Source: Eledone cirrhosa
Taxonomy: Eukaryota
Length of the DNA stretch: 64,000 nucleotides
Reading direction: 5' to 3'
Assembly (NCBI GenBank): GCA_964016885.1
Contig: OZ024755.1
Location: forward strand, 3,782,001-3,846,000
The position numbers and the translations under genes were made by a program. Below, one piece after another: positions 27,269 through 40,010 of the stretch (the stretch's first letter is position 1; every line of letters starts with the position of its first letter). Below the pieces are notes generated by a model. It did not search any database. It had not been told where the DNA came from and worked only from the letters and a program-made list of their open reading frames with translations.

Positions 27269-27884
27269 TTTTTGTTTTAATAATATTAATAATAACATAT
27301 GAAACGTGCGGCTAAAATCTTCCTATAGCGATCTGGCAATTTATTAGAAACTGAACTAATTCTGCTTCAGAATCACTCACGTTCGACCAGAGAAGCATTT
27401 TGGCTTTGTTTTGTCTTGTCTTCCATTTTTTTTTTGATTTATCACTTCATTTGTTAATGATACCGTGTGGACGAGAGATAATGGAGAGTTGCAAATCTAT
27501 TGTTATTTGAAGCAGGTGATATCTGAACCAATGGAGAAATCGTAATTAGATTTTTTTAAAGGCTTTCAGTATTATCCATTATGACAACTACTCGTGTTTC
27601 TCTTAGAGAAAAAAGATAAACAAATATCACGTACACAAACCTTCCTGCATGCTGCTCGTATTTTTTTTTTTTTTTTCAAAATTCCATTCTCGTGAAATAT
27701 TTCAGTAAAACTGCTTATTTTTTCAAAAATTGTTCCGTCTTCCTCAACTAGATTTACGTATGCGTTTATTGGTTTTATTCAGTTTGTCTCTGTGTATGTA
27801 TATATATATATATATATATGTGTGTGTCTGTGTGTGTATTTATATACATGTATGTATATATGTATGAATCTCTCTCTATCTCTC

Positions 27885-27929
<45 letters not shown>

Positions 27930-28052
27930 AGAGGTTATATTTAATTTGTTGGGATTCAACAAGCTTAAACATTTTTATAACTGATATAAAGCACTGAAGT
28001 AAATACGCAATATATTACTAAATGGAAACTATATTTATAAAACCATATTTAA

Positions 28053-28112
28053 TTTATTATACCTATTTCAAGGGCAACCAAGGCAAATTATGGTGCGCTT
28101 TCATCAGATAAA
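28053..28112 (-). ncRNA. Type I hammerhead motif, mirror copy
   Basis: Reverse complement of 28255-28314. Confidence 0.72.
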
Positions 28113-28254
28113 ATACAGATTTGTTTTATAAATAAATATTGACATACCAGGAAAAAAGACAACCTTAACGGTTAGAGCTTTCTGGATAGCTCCAACCGTT
28201 AAGGTTGTCTTTTTTCCGGGTATGTCAATATTTATTTATAAAACAAATCTGTAT

Positions 28255-28314
28255 TTTATCTGATGAAAGCGCACCATAATTTGCCTTGGTTGCCCTTGAA
28301 ATAGGTATAATAAA
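28255..28314 (+). ncRNA. Type I hammerhead ribozyme motif
   Basis: Stem I TTTAT/ATAAA; CUGAUGA 28260-66; stem II AAGcGCACC/GGTtGCcCTT; GAAA 28298-301; stem III ATA-gg-TAT; cleavage after A28309. Confidence 0.72.
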
Positions 28315-28357
28315 TTAAATATGGTTTTATAAATATAGTTTCCATTTAGTAATATAT

Positions 28358-28393
<36 letters not shown>

Positions 28394-28530
28394 AATATAT
28401 GTGTGAGTATGTCTATATATGCATATATATGCGCGCGCGTGTGTGTGTGTACGTATATCTATATTACTGCAGGGTTGTTTTACACCCCGTGGATAGAACA
28501 ACCGTTTTCCCTCTGTTTATCTTCCTCAAC

Positions 28531-28728
28531 CTACAGGTTTATATACAGAGAAGGCCCATTCACTCGGGCCATTTTTGCCACATTCACCCACCTTTCAGCG
28601 AATTTACTGGGGTGTAGCACCTCTCTCTCCACTCTCACCTTCCTTCTGAAGTGGTACTTAAAGAAGGGGATAAGTTGTTGTCCGGAGAGAAAGGTGCTTG
28701 CCCTCAGTCCTTTTAACCTCGTCCACCA
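28531..28728 (-). pseudogene. L1/Tx1-like LINE ORF2 C-terminal fragment
   Basis: WWTRLKGLRASTFLSGQQLIPFFKYHFRRKVRVEREVLHPSKFAERWVNVAKMARVNGPSLYINL*; W..R...F..RW pattern; paralogous to 39573-39708. Confidence 0.65.
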
Positions 28729-29385
28729 TAGATAGATAGGGGGAGATAGGTAGAGGCAGGTAGATAGATAGATAGCGGAAGAAAGAGTGTTAGAGAGAGA
28801 GAGAAGATACAGATAGATAGATAGATAGATAGATAGACTATGATCCTGTAAATAAAACTACATTAATCTTTATTTATGTTGTCTCACATTTGTGATAACA
28901 TCCTTTAGATGTTGAATAACATATCTCTATTAGCTTAGTTTTCTCTCATTCTATTGTTCTCCTATAACTAACTCTCACCCCATCAACTATTTATATTCCT
29001 AGATAATTTAGCACCTCTCAACCAATTTAGCCATCTATCAGACATTTTCTACTCTCGTTAGTTACCACATATTGATCTGTTTGGCGATAATCACTAATAT
29101 TCCAGAAGAGAAAAAGTAATATTCAATGTCGACAAGAGCCAATTCGATTTTTTTTTTTTTTTTTTTTTTTTTCAAGCTAAAAGAAAAAGTTTTTTCTGAT
29201 ATTTCATGAAGAGAATATATAAAATGAAAATAATATTTGCCTTCATCTCTTTCATTAGAAACCTGGATTTTTGACTAAAGTCATGGCCAGAGAATGAACT
29301 CTCGATACATTAGATATTTCTGTAGAATGAACTCTCGATATATTAGATATATCTGCTGCTCAAATATTTATGTTTTCTTCCTTTT

Positions 29386-29500
29386 AGGTGCGTGGCTTAA
29401 TGGGAAGAGAATTCGATTTGCAATTGTGAAGTTGCGAATTCGATTCCCGGATAGGGTGATGTTTTATGTCTTTGAGCAAGACACTTTATTTCATGTTGCT
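29386..29500 (+). mobile_element. SINE-B head and CORE-like domain (diverged)
   Basis: ggtgcgtggcttaatgg...gaattcgattccc...tttgagcaagacactttatttca. Confidence 0.8.
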
Positions 29501-29954
29501 CTTTCTGCCAGTTCTTGTGATCCTGTAGATAGTATCAGCAATTGGAAAGATCAGTGGAAACATTGTTTCCTCGATCCAGTTTGATGAGTTCCACTCCAAC
29601 CGGTAAGGGAATGAAACCCGAGATCTTGTCACTCGATTAAGAAAAGAAAAAAAATATATTATAATATTCAAGTGAATGAATTATAATAGTAATAATGTTT
29701 AACCCAGGAGGGGTTCTGAGTTTCCCCAAGCAATTTGATTTTACTACATTCGTCAGCCTACTGGAAGTAGTTTACCTTGTATTTCATAGAGAAAAAAAAA
29801 TATATATATATTAAAATAACAGATTAAAGTTTAAGCAAAGAATCACTGCTTTCACCCTTAACGGGATCTTCTGAAACTAGAAAAATCAATCTGTGAACGC
29901 AGAAGTAAATATTTCGAAAAACGTTGCAACCGAAGGAAAACGGGAAGGCGATAC

Positions 29955-30067
29955 TTTGGTTCCTGAAGACGTTCCCTGGCAATATTTGCTCTAGGGTTCT
30001 TATATATTTGATATATATTTATCCTTATCGAGCCCTCTTTGGATTTTAGTCTTCACATATATTATTA
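29955..30067 (+). mobile_element. PLE-type terminus, family F (3' block repeated at 63731-63785)
   Basis: atatatttatccttatcgagccctctttggattttagt.ttcacat shared; upstream CTGAAGA plus hairpin but no GAAA. Confidence 0.5.
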
Positions 30068-30071
30068 CTAT

Positions 30072-30147
<76 letters not shown>

Positions 30148-30253
30148 GGTGTTGGATGCTTAAAGCGTCCGTATGCGGTAGGCCATATGAGCACTCGATG
30201 CCATCTTAGAGCATAGTATGATGTCACAGAAAAAAGATAATCAGTGTTGCGAT

Positions 30254-30473
30254 GAAAGGAATTTATTGGACATATTACAATTGTTTCTCGGGCGACCAGC
30301 TCGAGGCACGATCGATATGGTGATCAAACCTGACTCTGAAATCGCGCTGCTTCGTAGAATCGAGACGTATCCGAGGACCGCGCGATTTAAGAGTCAGGTT
30401 TGATCACCGCATCGATCGTGCCTCGAGCTGGTCGCCCGAGAAACAATTGTAATATGTCCAATAAATTCCTTTC
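30254..30473. repeat. Palindrome with 94-bp arms (3 mismatches, 32-nt spacer); PLE-type family E with hammerhead 3' half
   Basis: Arms 30254-30347/30380-30473; GAA-ACAATTGT-A at 30440-51, followed by AATAAA. Confidence 0.9.
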
Positions 30474-31559
30474 GTGATATATACTCCTAAAGAATGTAAT
30501 TTTGAAAAAGAAAGAACGAAAATAATCTAATGAATGATATAAAGCGTGTAAATAGTAAAGATAGAGAAGTTGGAAGATCTGTCATTCATTTGTAAATGCC
30601 AATAAAAGTTGAGTGTTTTATGACTCGAGGGATTTGATGTTCCACTGATGTTGAAATGGATTGATACTGGATCGATACCGAACCTCTTGGTATTTCTAAA
30701 CTGACTCATGGATAAATATGAATAGAAATAGTAAAATATTTAGACAGTAATATTAAATAATATACTCTTGGCGACTAGCTTCTTAAAAATGTCGTTTGAC
30801 TAGTGGGAGGAATGTTCTTGGTTGAAATAGTTGGACGGTTTTATGTTTTTTCTTCTTCTTTCAGTCTTTTTATGAGAATAGGCAACCTAGAGAGCTGTCA
30901 AGCTTCCAGTTAAAACTATTCACGGTTAAACGAAAGAAAGAACAAAAGTGTTTTAGAAAGTAACTATAACCTGGAGAATTTCGTGCATTTATATGATTAA
31001 TAATGACCATGTCTAAGCAGTTTAGGCACTTAGGAAAACTGAAAGAAATGAAAAAAATATGAACTAAAACGATAGCAGCTAATGCAAGTCTGTTGAATCA
31101 TAGATACTCAGTTGTTTAGCTGAAAGCGTCTTGTTATTTCCAAAGCGTATAGCACGTATTGCCATGATACTCTTAAGCTATCATAAAATGGCTTGCAGTA
31201 CATCTGCCATAGTTTTGCTGTCGTCCACCAGCAGCGTGAGATGTACAACACAAACCTCTTTTTCATTTAAAACTGTCCATTAAAAATAAATTTGTAAGCA
31301 AAAAGTAAAATCATTGAATATACGTAAATAAAATATATTTATTTTTGCAACCAAATTACTGAGATGTTAAAATGGAATTAGAACAGAGCAAAATGAGCTG
31401 AGTTTTACTTAATAAGTTCCATCATTTAAAGTTCCTATTGTCCAAAAATAAATGAAAAGATACACAGGTGAAATTAAAACACCGCACTAATGCACTTTCA
31501 CAAAAATGTTCATTTGACGTTGACTTACTGTTTAAAATGGCTGCCTAAAAGCAGTCTAG

Positions 31560-31689
31560 ACCACATAGACACATAGACATATACATATAGACACACACAT
31601 ATACTCACTTAGACACATACATATAGACACATACATACACACATAGACACACATATTCATACACACATAGATACACACACATACATATA

Positions 31690-31765
<76 letters not shown>

Positions 31766-32075
31766 CACACACACACACATAGACACATACATATACATAT
31801 AGACACATACATATACAAATAGACACATGCACACATAGACACACACATGCACACATAGACACATGCAGATAGACACACACACACACATCCATAGATACAC
31901 ACATCCATAGATACACACATCCATACACCCACTCATCCATAAATAGACTCATCCATAAATACATCCATACATACACACATCCATACATACACACATATAC
32001 ACACACATACACACATACATACTTACATACATATATACACACATACATATATACACACATATATACATACACAGT
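31560..32075. repeat. (CA)-derived compound microsatellite
   Basis: Direct inspection. Confidence 0.9.
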
Positions 32076-32302
32076 CTTCTCACACACTTTGTTGTCTATT
32101 CTGAGACGCTCTACTAATTATCGTGCCATGTCTTTCACAATTTTTACATTAACAAAATGTCTGGCATTTTAGCTGAATCAGTTGATCCCATTTTGGTAGT
32201 TGAAGTTCCCCAACAACTTACCTTTATTCTTTTCTTTTAATGATTTCTATTCATCCTACCTGTCCACATATTTATCCACATGAGTTTAGAATGAGAAATC
32301 TA

Positions 32303-32466
32303 CGAGGGTCGGCTGACCAAGATACTCTCATGGAATGACCAAATGAGGTTAATTTTTTCAACATAGTCTCTACAAAGAAACAATGCAGTTATTAATTTGT
32401 GTAAAATTTCACAGCTCTGGCATCACTCTTTCATAGTCGGTCTATGGATTTTTCAGCTGACCCTCG
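32303..32466. mobile_element. Mariner-type MITE
   Basis: TA-CGAGGGTCGGCTGA ... TCAGCTGACCCTCG-TA (14-bp TIR with 1 mismatch, TA TSD). Confidence 0.85.
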
Positions 32467-32487
32467 TATATCTCTCTTTATTTTGAA

Positions 32488-32661
32488 TCGGTAGAAGGTC
32501 GCAAGCCATGCTTTACAGCATAGAGTTACGGCCCTTTATGGTCTGAGTTCAAATCCCGCCGAGGTTAACTTTGCCTTTCATCCTTACGGGGTCGATAAAA
32601 TAAAGTACCAGTAATGCACTGAGTAATTGCTGGCCTTGTGCCAAAACTAGAAACAATTATT
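32488..32661 (+). mobile_element. SINE-A
   Basis: Family match. Confidence 0.92.
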
Positions 32662-33194
32662 GTTCACTCACGAATATATCTCTTTATGTTGTTTTCTTTA
32701 TGTGTAAGTTTACTACATTCGCCCACTGTCGTTAATGCGTTCATTCTTTTCAGCATAAAGTCGACATAAAGGGGATTAAAATCTTCTTATTGACGTGATA
32801 TTTCACGTCACGTAGTGTGTTCTAAGTGGTTTCTCTCGTGTACAATAGAGATTTATGAATCAGTTCCAACCTTTAAGACTGAACTTTGCAATACCCAGCT
32901 ATTTCATAAATGTAACAATATATTTTGGCACACATTACAAAATACTTGACGAATAAAATAGAATCTCTTTCTCCTAGATGTACTCTAAGTTACTCTAGAT
33001 GTTCTCTAAATAAGGGTTTTGGAAGGTACAGTTTTTATTAATGTTTTATTCAGTGTTTCAGTTATATACCCAACTACCATTAGATATATATTGAATAATA
33101 GATAACTGGTCACACTAAAAACTTATAGTGTTAACGTAAAACTGGTAGAAAGTTCGAATAAATCACCTTGTTATAGTTTTACCCTCTCTGTCCC

Positions 33195-33411
33195 TTCTTC
33201 TCTCTCTCTCTCTCAACTGTAGATGCGTCTCTCTCTCTCTCAACTCTAGACGTCTCTCTGGTTTTGTCTCTTTCTCGCTCTCTCTCTCTCTCTCAACTCT
33301 GGTTTTGTCTCTTTCTCTCTTTATGTCTCTCTCTCTCTTTATGTGTCTCTCTCTCTCTCTTTATATGTCTCTCTCTCTCTCTTTATATGTCTCTCTCTCT
33401 CTCTATATATA

Positions 33412-33446
<35 letters not shown>

Positions 33447-33514
33447 TTATATGTCTCTCTTTATCTGTCTCTTTCTCTCAACTCTATTGACGTGTCTGTT
33501 TCACCCTCTTTCTT

Positions 33515-33567
<53 letters not shown>

Positions 33568-33622
33568 TTCATCCTCTTTCTTTCTCTCTTCTTTCTATTT
33601 CTCTCACCCTCTTTCTCTCTAT
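33195..33622. repeat. (CT)n-rich compound microsatellite
   Basis: Direct inspection. Confidence 0.9.
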
Positions 33623-33975
33623 CATAATTTATACACACCTGCTCTGTAAGATGAATATAATACATATGGTTTTGTAGATATATAAATAAACTAAACCATT
33701 TTTTTGGTTTAAGAACTGATAAGGGCGAAGATGTGGGTGTGAACTTGTCTTGTATATCGCCTTTCTTTGTTTCCTTCTTCCTGTCACTTCTGTATGCCAA
33801 CACACTCCTCCCTGCTTCACTGTCGACCTCTGACCACTGGTCTCTGACCTCTGAGGCATTGTTGCCCATCTCTGCCACTGGCAGTATTTGGCTGTTTCAG
33901 AGCTGTTCTGGCGATCATTTTTCTAATTTTTCTATGAATATAAATCTATAAATTCGAACCCTACTCACCCCCACA

Positions 33976-34110
33976 GGCGCTGAGCTGGCCAGCCGCAGGT
34001 CTGAGCCTCGCGAGCTGGAATGGCTTTTCCAGCGCGTCTCCCTTGCCGTCCTCCGGGGAAACGCCTTCTCCATTCTGTCCGCCGGGGCTGTGTGGAGGCC
34101 GCCAATATGA
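33976..34110 (+). pseudogene. C-terminal fragment of a CRE-clade non-LTR retrotransposon ORF (end of restriction-like endonuclease region)
   Basis: GAELASRRSEPRELEWLFQRVSLAVLRGNAFSILSAGAVWRPPI*; fits the CRE-type FQRxSxAxxRGNA motif; GC-rich island. Confidence 0.7.
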
Positions 34111-35094
34111 TTGACTGACTTGTCATTGTATCAGTAAATATACTGTGATATACGGTGTCTTAGGTATGTAAAACTTAACATCGATGACTGCTGGTCTTCA
34201 ACAAAAATATGTTGTCCAGACTTGTACCTCAGACGGAATGTTCTATGTGCAAAGTTATAGTTATTCGTGGCTGAAGGGATGAGAGTCGCCTCTTCAATAT
34301 AACATCATATTCAAAATATAAGATTTTCCATATAAATAGCAAGGTGGTCTATCTTTTTTGCTGTCATATATATAGTATTGTTGTTTGAATCACATACGTG
34401 TCATGTCATCTGCTGACTATTGTTTTCAAGTTAAGTTTTTTTTTTTTGTTCATGGGTAGATGTAATTATTAAATATATTGTTTAATGTAAAGCGTAAGGT
34501 GAAGGCTTGCACTTTTACCCTTTGTATTACATGGAACAATAAATAATTATATCGAAACCTTTACACTGTTAAAGTAAAGTATTAAGTAAGATGGAAGACA
34601 ATAGAAGGTATAATATGTCATGTGAATGCTTCAAAAAATATTATACATACACTCATACATGATGGCTATCCCCTCGTTATCGAGTATGACCATTGCACGA
34701 TATACCATTGTTAGTAATTATTAATTAATTCTACCGTGTAATGCCTGTGCGCAAAGATTTTTTTTAACGCGAAGAAAGACTGCACTGAGCCAATCCCACT
34801 CTCTGAGCGACAGTAGCTATAACCTGAAAAGAAGAAAAGATCATCATCATCGGTAACTACTGAGCCACAGGTTTTATGTCGGAGAAAAACAAATCTACTA
34901 TATTCAGACCTGGAGATGAGATAGGTTCCACCAGGTTTTAAAATGCCCTAGAAACGCCGTATGTTAATACCAGCCCTCAGGAGTTACGAGACCACACCAT
35001 ACCATATATATCTTTCTCACTTCCATTCTCTTACTTGCTATCCTTCTCTGGAAAACATATCTGTTGTATTCAGACTTGGTGAGGTGATGGGCTT

Positions 35095-35325
35095 CACCAG
35101 GCTTAAGAATGACCAAGAAACACCGTATGCTAATACAGTACCCCTACTACTTCACTAGGCTTAAGAATGACCAAGAAACACCGTATGCTAATACAGTACC
35201 CCTACTACTTCACTAGGCTTAAGAATGACCAAGAAACACCGTATGCTAATACAGTACCCCTACTACTTCACTAGGCTTAAGAATGGCCAAGAAACACCGT
35301 ATGCTAATACAGTACCCCTACGATT
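35095..35325. repeat. ~59-bp tandem repeat x4 inside a dispersed repeat
   Basis: aggcttaagaatgaccaagaaacaccgtatgctaatacagtacccctactacttcact unit. Confidence 0.92.
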
Positions 35326-35744
35326 CCATCAGGAGTTTATTGGACGATACCAGACATACGATTAGAAACTGGGAAGAATTTGTGGCGCTTACTTCTACCA
35401 AACTCAATGAGTAACAGGATAAAGTGAACGTACGTAAGATAACATAACAACATAATTCTGTCTCTCTCTCACTCTGTTTCTCTGTCTGTCTGTCTCCCCT
35501 CTCTCTCTCTCTCTCCCCCTCTCTCTCTCCCCCTCTCCCCCCTCTCTCTCTCCCCCTCTCCCCCCTCTCTCCCTCTCTCTCTCTGCCCCCTCTCTCTCTC
35601 TGTCTGTCTCTCTGTCCCCCTCCCCCTCTCTCTGTAGTTCTAATTCTGTAGGTTTCGCATCATTGCCCCTAGCAATATCTATCTATATCAGACAACTTCT
35701 GTATTGACGATGTTAAGGTACAGATATAATTACGTCAATAGACT

Positions 35745-36130
35745 GAGTACTTAGATATTGAGACGACAACAACAACAACTACATCAGAGTACTTAGATAT
35801 TGAGACAACAATAACAACAACTACATCAGAGTACTTAGATATTGAGACAACAATAACAACAACTACATCAGAGTACTTAGATATTGAGACAACAATAACA
35901 ACAACTACATCAGAGTACTTAGATATTGAGACAACAATAACAACAACTACATCAGAGTACTTAGATATTGAGACAACAACAACAACAACAGAGTACTTAG
36001 ATATTGAGACGACGACAATAACACCAACAACTACATCATCATCCTCAACAACTACATCAACAACAATTACAACATCAACAACTACATCACCAACAACTAC
36101 ATTATCATCATCATCATCATCAACAACATC
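35745..36130. repeat. 42-bp minisatellite (~6.5 copies) grading into (CAA/CAT)n
   Basis: acaacaataacaacaactacatcagagtacttagatattgag. Confidence 0.92.
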
Positions 36131-36404
36131 AATAAAAAGAATGGCATCCTTGGTGTTAGTCAATAGTCCTTTGTTGATCAATGAATTCTTGTGGTTCTAA
36201 AGGATAGCCATATTTATATATAAAGCATTTCCCTCACACACACACGCACACGTTCACGCACACGCACGCTCACACACACGTACACACACGTACACACACG
36301 CTCACACACACGTACACAGATATACACACTCATAGGCATACGTATGCACTCTCACATAAACACTCACACACACACGCACAGACACAAGTGCAGGCACACA
36401 CACA

Positions 36405-36461
<57 letters not shown>

Positions 36462-36919
36462 AATATGTACACATATACACACTCATTTACATAGACATAC
36501 GTATGCACTCTCACTTAACCACTCACACACACGCACAGATATGAACACACACTCACATACAGAAACATACACGCAAAAACACATACACATACACACACAT
36601 ACACATACACACACACATACACACATACACACACATACACATCACAAATCTGTACAGATCTATCTATATATATTTCGAGCTTGTTTGTTAGATCTGTTTG
36701 TTAATAACAATATGATAGATTATTTACAGAAGATCTGGTCAGTTGGTACAGTTTTAGGAATTCTAAGACATTACATTCCTCTTATGTCTACAGCAGCTCT
36801 CTCTCTCTCTCTCTCAAATACACTCTTGTTCTCGCAGACACACTTGCACATTCGCACACTCTCTCTCCCCTCTACCCCTCTCCCCTATCTCTCTCCCTCT
36901 CTCTCTCTCTCTCACATAT

Positions 36920-36951
<32 letters not shown>

Positions 36952-37286
36952 GTCAGGTGACAATTATTTCGATGTCTCACTAAATAATACGAAACAATAA
37001 CATATTTGTTCTATACAAATAAGTTCTGTATATTGTATGTAGAATACATAACTGCTAGGACAGAACGAAACTATCAATAAACAGCAACAGTGAAAGTCCA
37101 GTAGGATTGTCTAGGGTTGGGCTATGTTTAATATATAGCTAAAGGGGTAAATATAAGGAATAATTACATATCGAGTGAAAGTTGTGTGAGAAATTGTACA
37201 ATGGTTAGAATATTCAGTCGGTGTCTGAGAGACACGAGGTTCGTAACCTCGTAACGACCACTGGTAAATTCGTTTTCTGACTTTAA

Positions 37287-38059
37287 CCCTTTAGCATTTA
37301 CATTACTCTATATATACTATTATATGTTCACAGTAAAGGCTTTAACTCACATAATATTTCACATAACATTACATTACTCTATATATACTATTATATTTTC
37401 ACAGTAAAGGCTTTACCTCACATAATATCTCACATAACATTTACATTACTCTATATATACTATTATATTTTCACAGTAAAGGCTTTACCTCACATAATAT
37501 CTCACATAACATTTACCTTACTCTATATATACTATTGTATTTTCACAGTAAAGGCTTTACCTCACGTAATATCTCACATAACATTTACATTACTCTATAT
37601 ATACTATTATATTTTCACAGTAAAGGCTTTACCTCACGTAATACCTCACATAACATTTACATTACTCTATATATACTATTATATTTTCACAGTAAAGGCT
37701 TTACCTCACGTAATATCCCACATAACATTTACATTACTCTATATATACTATTGTATTTTCACAGTAAAGGCTTTACCTCACTTAATATCCCACATAACAT
37801 TTACATTACTCTATATATACTATTGTATTGTCACAGTAAAGGCTTTACCTCACGTAATACCTCACATAACATTTACATTACTCTATATTTACTAGTATAT
37901 ATTCATGGTAAAGGCTTTACCTCACATAATATCGAATCTATGAGATTTTGATATTATTTATTTTGAGAACAATATCTTAATGGTGGTATGAGCAGCCAGT
38001 TATGACCGGTTTGAACGGAAAGAGGTGAGAGAATTCTGGCCGGTTTAAATGCTAAAGGG
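37287..38059. mobile_element. piggyBac-type non-autonomous element containing a 60-bp tandem array (~10.5 copies, 37296-37930)
   Basis: TTAA|CCCTTTAGCATTTA ... TAAATGCTAAAGGG|TTAA: 14-bp perfect TIR, TTAA TSD. Confidence 0.85.
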
Positions 38060-38137
38060 TTAACGGTTTTGTTTAACATCCATGACATGAGCTCGGCTAA
38101 TCCCGCTTGGGGATCCACCCGGATCATTTGGCGTCGG

Positions 38138-38563
38138 TTGCTTCTAACAGGGTCATCTCAGGAATAAGGGAGGAGAAGACTACACCTTCAGTATGTCTTC
38201 TCTTGCTTCTAACAGGGTCATCTCAGAAATAAGGGAATAAGGGAAGAGAAGACTACACCTTCAGTATGTCTTCTCTTGCTTCTAACAGGGTCATCTCAGA
38301 AATAAGGGAATAAGGGAAGAGAAGACTACACCTTCAGTATGTCTTCTCTTGCTTCTAACAGGGTCATCTCAGAAATAAGGGAATAAGGGAAGAGAAGACT
38401 ACACCTTCAGTATGTCTTCTCTTGCTTCTAACAGGGTCATCTCAGAAATAAGGGAATAAGGGAAGAGAAGACTACACCTTCAGTATGTCTTCTCTTGCTG
38501 TTAAAAGAACCACCTCAGGAATAAATGGGAAGAGAATACTACATCTTCATTATGTCTTCTCTT
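38138..38563. repeat. 73-bp tandem repeat, ~6 copies, each with a 10-bp hairpin
   Basis: aagagaagac-14nt-gtcttctctt in each unit. Confidence 0.92.
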
Positions 38564-38764
38564 AATAGTTTATTTTTTAAAGACGGAGGTATGATTTGAA
38601 GGAGACTTTGAGGCTAATTCTTGTCGAGGCTCTATTTAAAGTTTGTTTCCTCGTACAGCTTTGTAGTTGATGGGACTTTGTAGTTATGAAACGAAACCAG
38701 CATCGCTAAAGGTATAAGCTATCTTGTTTCTGTGTTAAGTCAGTAATTTCTGAAGTAGCAGAAA

Positions 38765-38927
38765 TAATTGTTTCTACACAAGGCCAGCAATTACCCAGTA
38801 CATTACTGGTACTTTATTTTATCGACCCCGTAAGGATGAAAGGCAAAGTTAACCTCGGCGGGATTTGAACTCAGATCATAAAAGGGACGTAACTCTATGC
38901 TGCAAATCATGGCGTCAGACCGATACT
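38765..38927 (-). mobile_element. SINE-A with 17-bp TSD
   Basis: gaagtagcagaaataat at 38752-38768 and 38942-38958. Confidence 0.9.
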
Positions 38928-39356
38928 TGGCAGAAATAGCAGAAGTAGCAGAAATAATGAGATAATGCATGACACGTCACTTCAGGCTGCATTAATTCTG
39001 TTCTGATTTAAAAGCTCAAAACAATCGTTCCAAAATACTGCAGATTCCGCTTACCTTCAGCTTCATATGATTTATTCCTACAGGTGTGAACACTCTACTT
39101 AGATGTAGATGTTAACAAATATCCATCCAACTTTAAGATAATTCATGATTTCTCGTCATGCACAATCGCTCAAACAAATAAATATTTAACAGTATATTTC
39201 TATGTTTCTATGTATAAAAGCAAGTCTGGTTTTGTTTATCTACCTGCCTTCCTACTCTCTCTCTCTCTCTAGATAGATAGATAGATAGATATACCATAGA
39301 TAGATATATAGATAGATAGATATACCATAGATAGATATATAGATATACCAAAGATA

Positions 39357-39718
39357 TATTTCTTTATTTACCATAAAGGCATAAAAAGAAGGGACAAATA
39401 CAAAGGGGGAGTTTACATAAAACCGAGTAAAAAGGGTATAAAATGAAAATAATCGAAAACAACCTCAAAAGGAGGGGACGTGATGGGGGTTGCACACACC
39501 CCCGAAAAAGTGTGCAATCCTTTGCCCGGGGAGCACATGGAGAAGGTGCTCCCCTCTCCTTTACTTCTTTACCTACAGGATGGTATACAGAGAAGGCCCA
39601 TTTACACGAGCCATTCTCGCCACTATCACCCACCTTTCATAAAACTGCCTGTGGCCAAGCACCTCTCTCTCCATTCTTATCCTTCTTCCGAAGTGATATC
39701 GGAAGAAGTAGACCAGAC
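39357..39718 (-). mobile_element. 5'-truncated L1/Tx1-like LINE (ORF2 end plus 3' UTR) in a GATA-rich tract
   Basis: FFRYHFGRRIRMEREVLGHRQFYERWVIVARMARVNGPSLYTIL*; 3' AATAAA; flanking direct repeat atagatataccaaagata at 39339-56 and 39719-36. Confidence 0.7.
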
Positions 39719-39978
39719 ATAGATATACCAAAGATAGATAGATTGATAAATAGATATATAGATATACCAAAGATAACTATATATATATATATATATAGTT
39801 ATCTTCGGTATATTTATACTTCATGTATATGTGTGTATATATATATGTATGTAAGCATATAGGTCTGTGTGTAGGTATGTTTGCGTGTGCAAGAATGTAT
39901 GTTTGTAGATGTGTGTATGTATGAATGTGTGCATATATAGATGTGTATGTGTATATTTTTGCTTCATATAATTATGTA

Positions 39979-40010
<32 letters not shown>

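Larger units (their letters stand above)
28009..28358. repeat. 350-bp palindrome (171-bp arms, 2 mismatches, 8-nt spacer); PLE-type family D
   Basis: Arms 28009-28179/28188-28358; ends in (TA)n(TG)n. Confidence 0.95.

Noticed and set aside
29709-29759. Minus-strand CTGACGA...GAAACTC motif
   Set aside because: Stem II base and stem III mismatched; at best a heavily decayed hammerhead
35735-36181. 148-aa repetitive ORF (VVSISKYSDVVV)n
   Set aside because: By-product of a 42-bp minisatellite; no splice or homology support
37535-37951. 138-aa ORF with 20-aa repeats
   Set aside because: 60-bp tandem array inside a piggyBac-type MITE
39035-39095. Possible minus-strand 23-nt exon with GTAAGC donor
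   Set aside because: Weak acceptor pyrimidine tract; no further support
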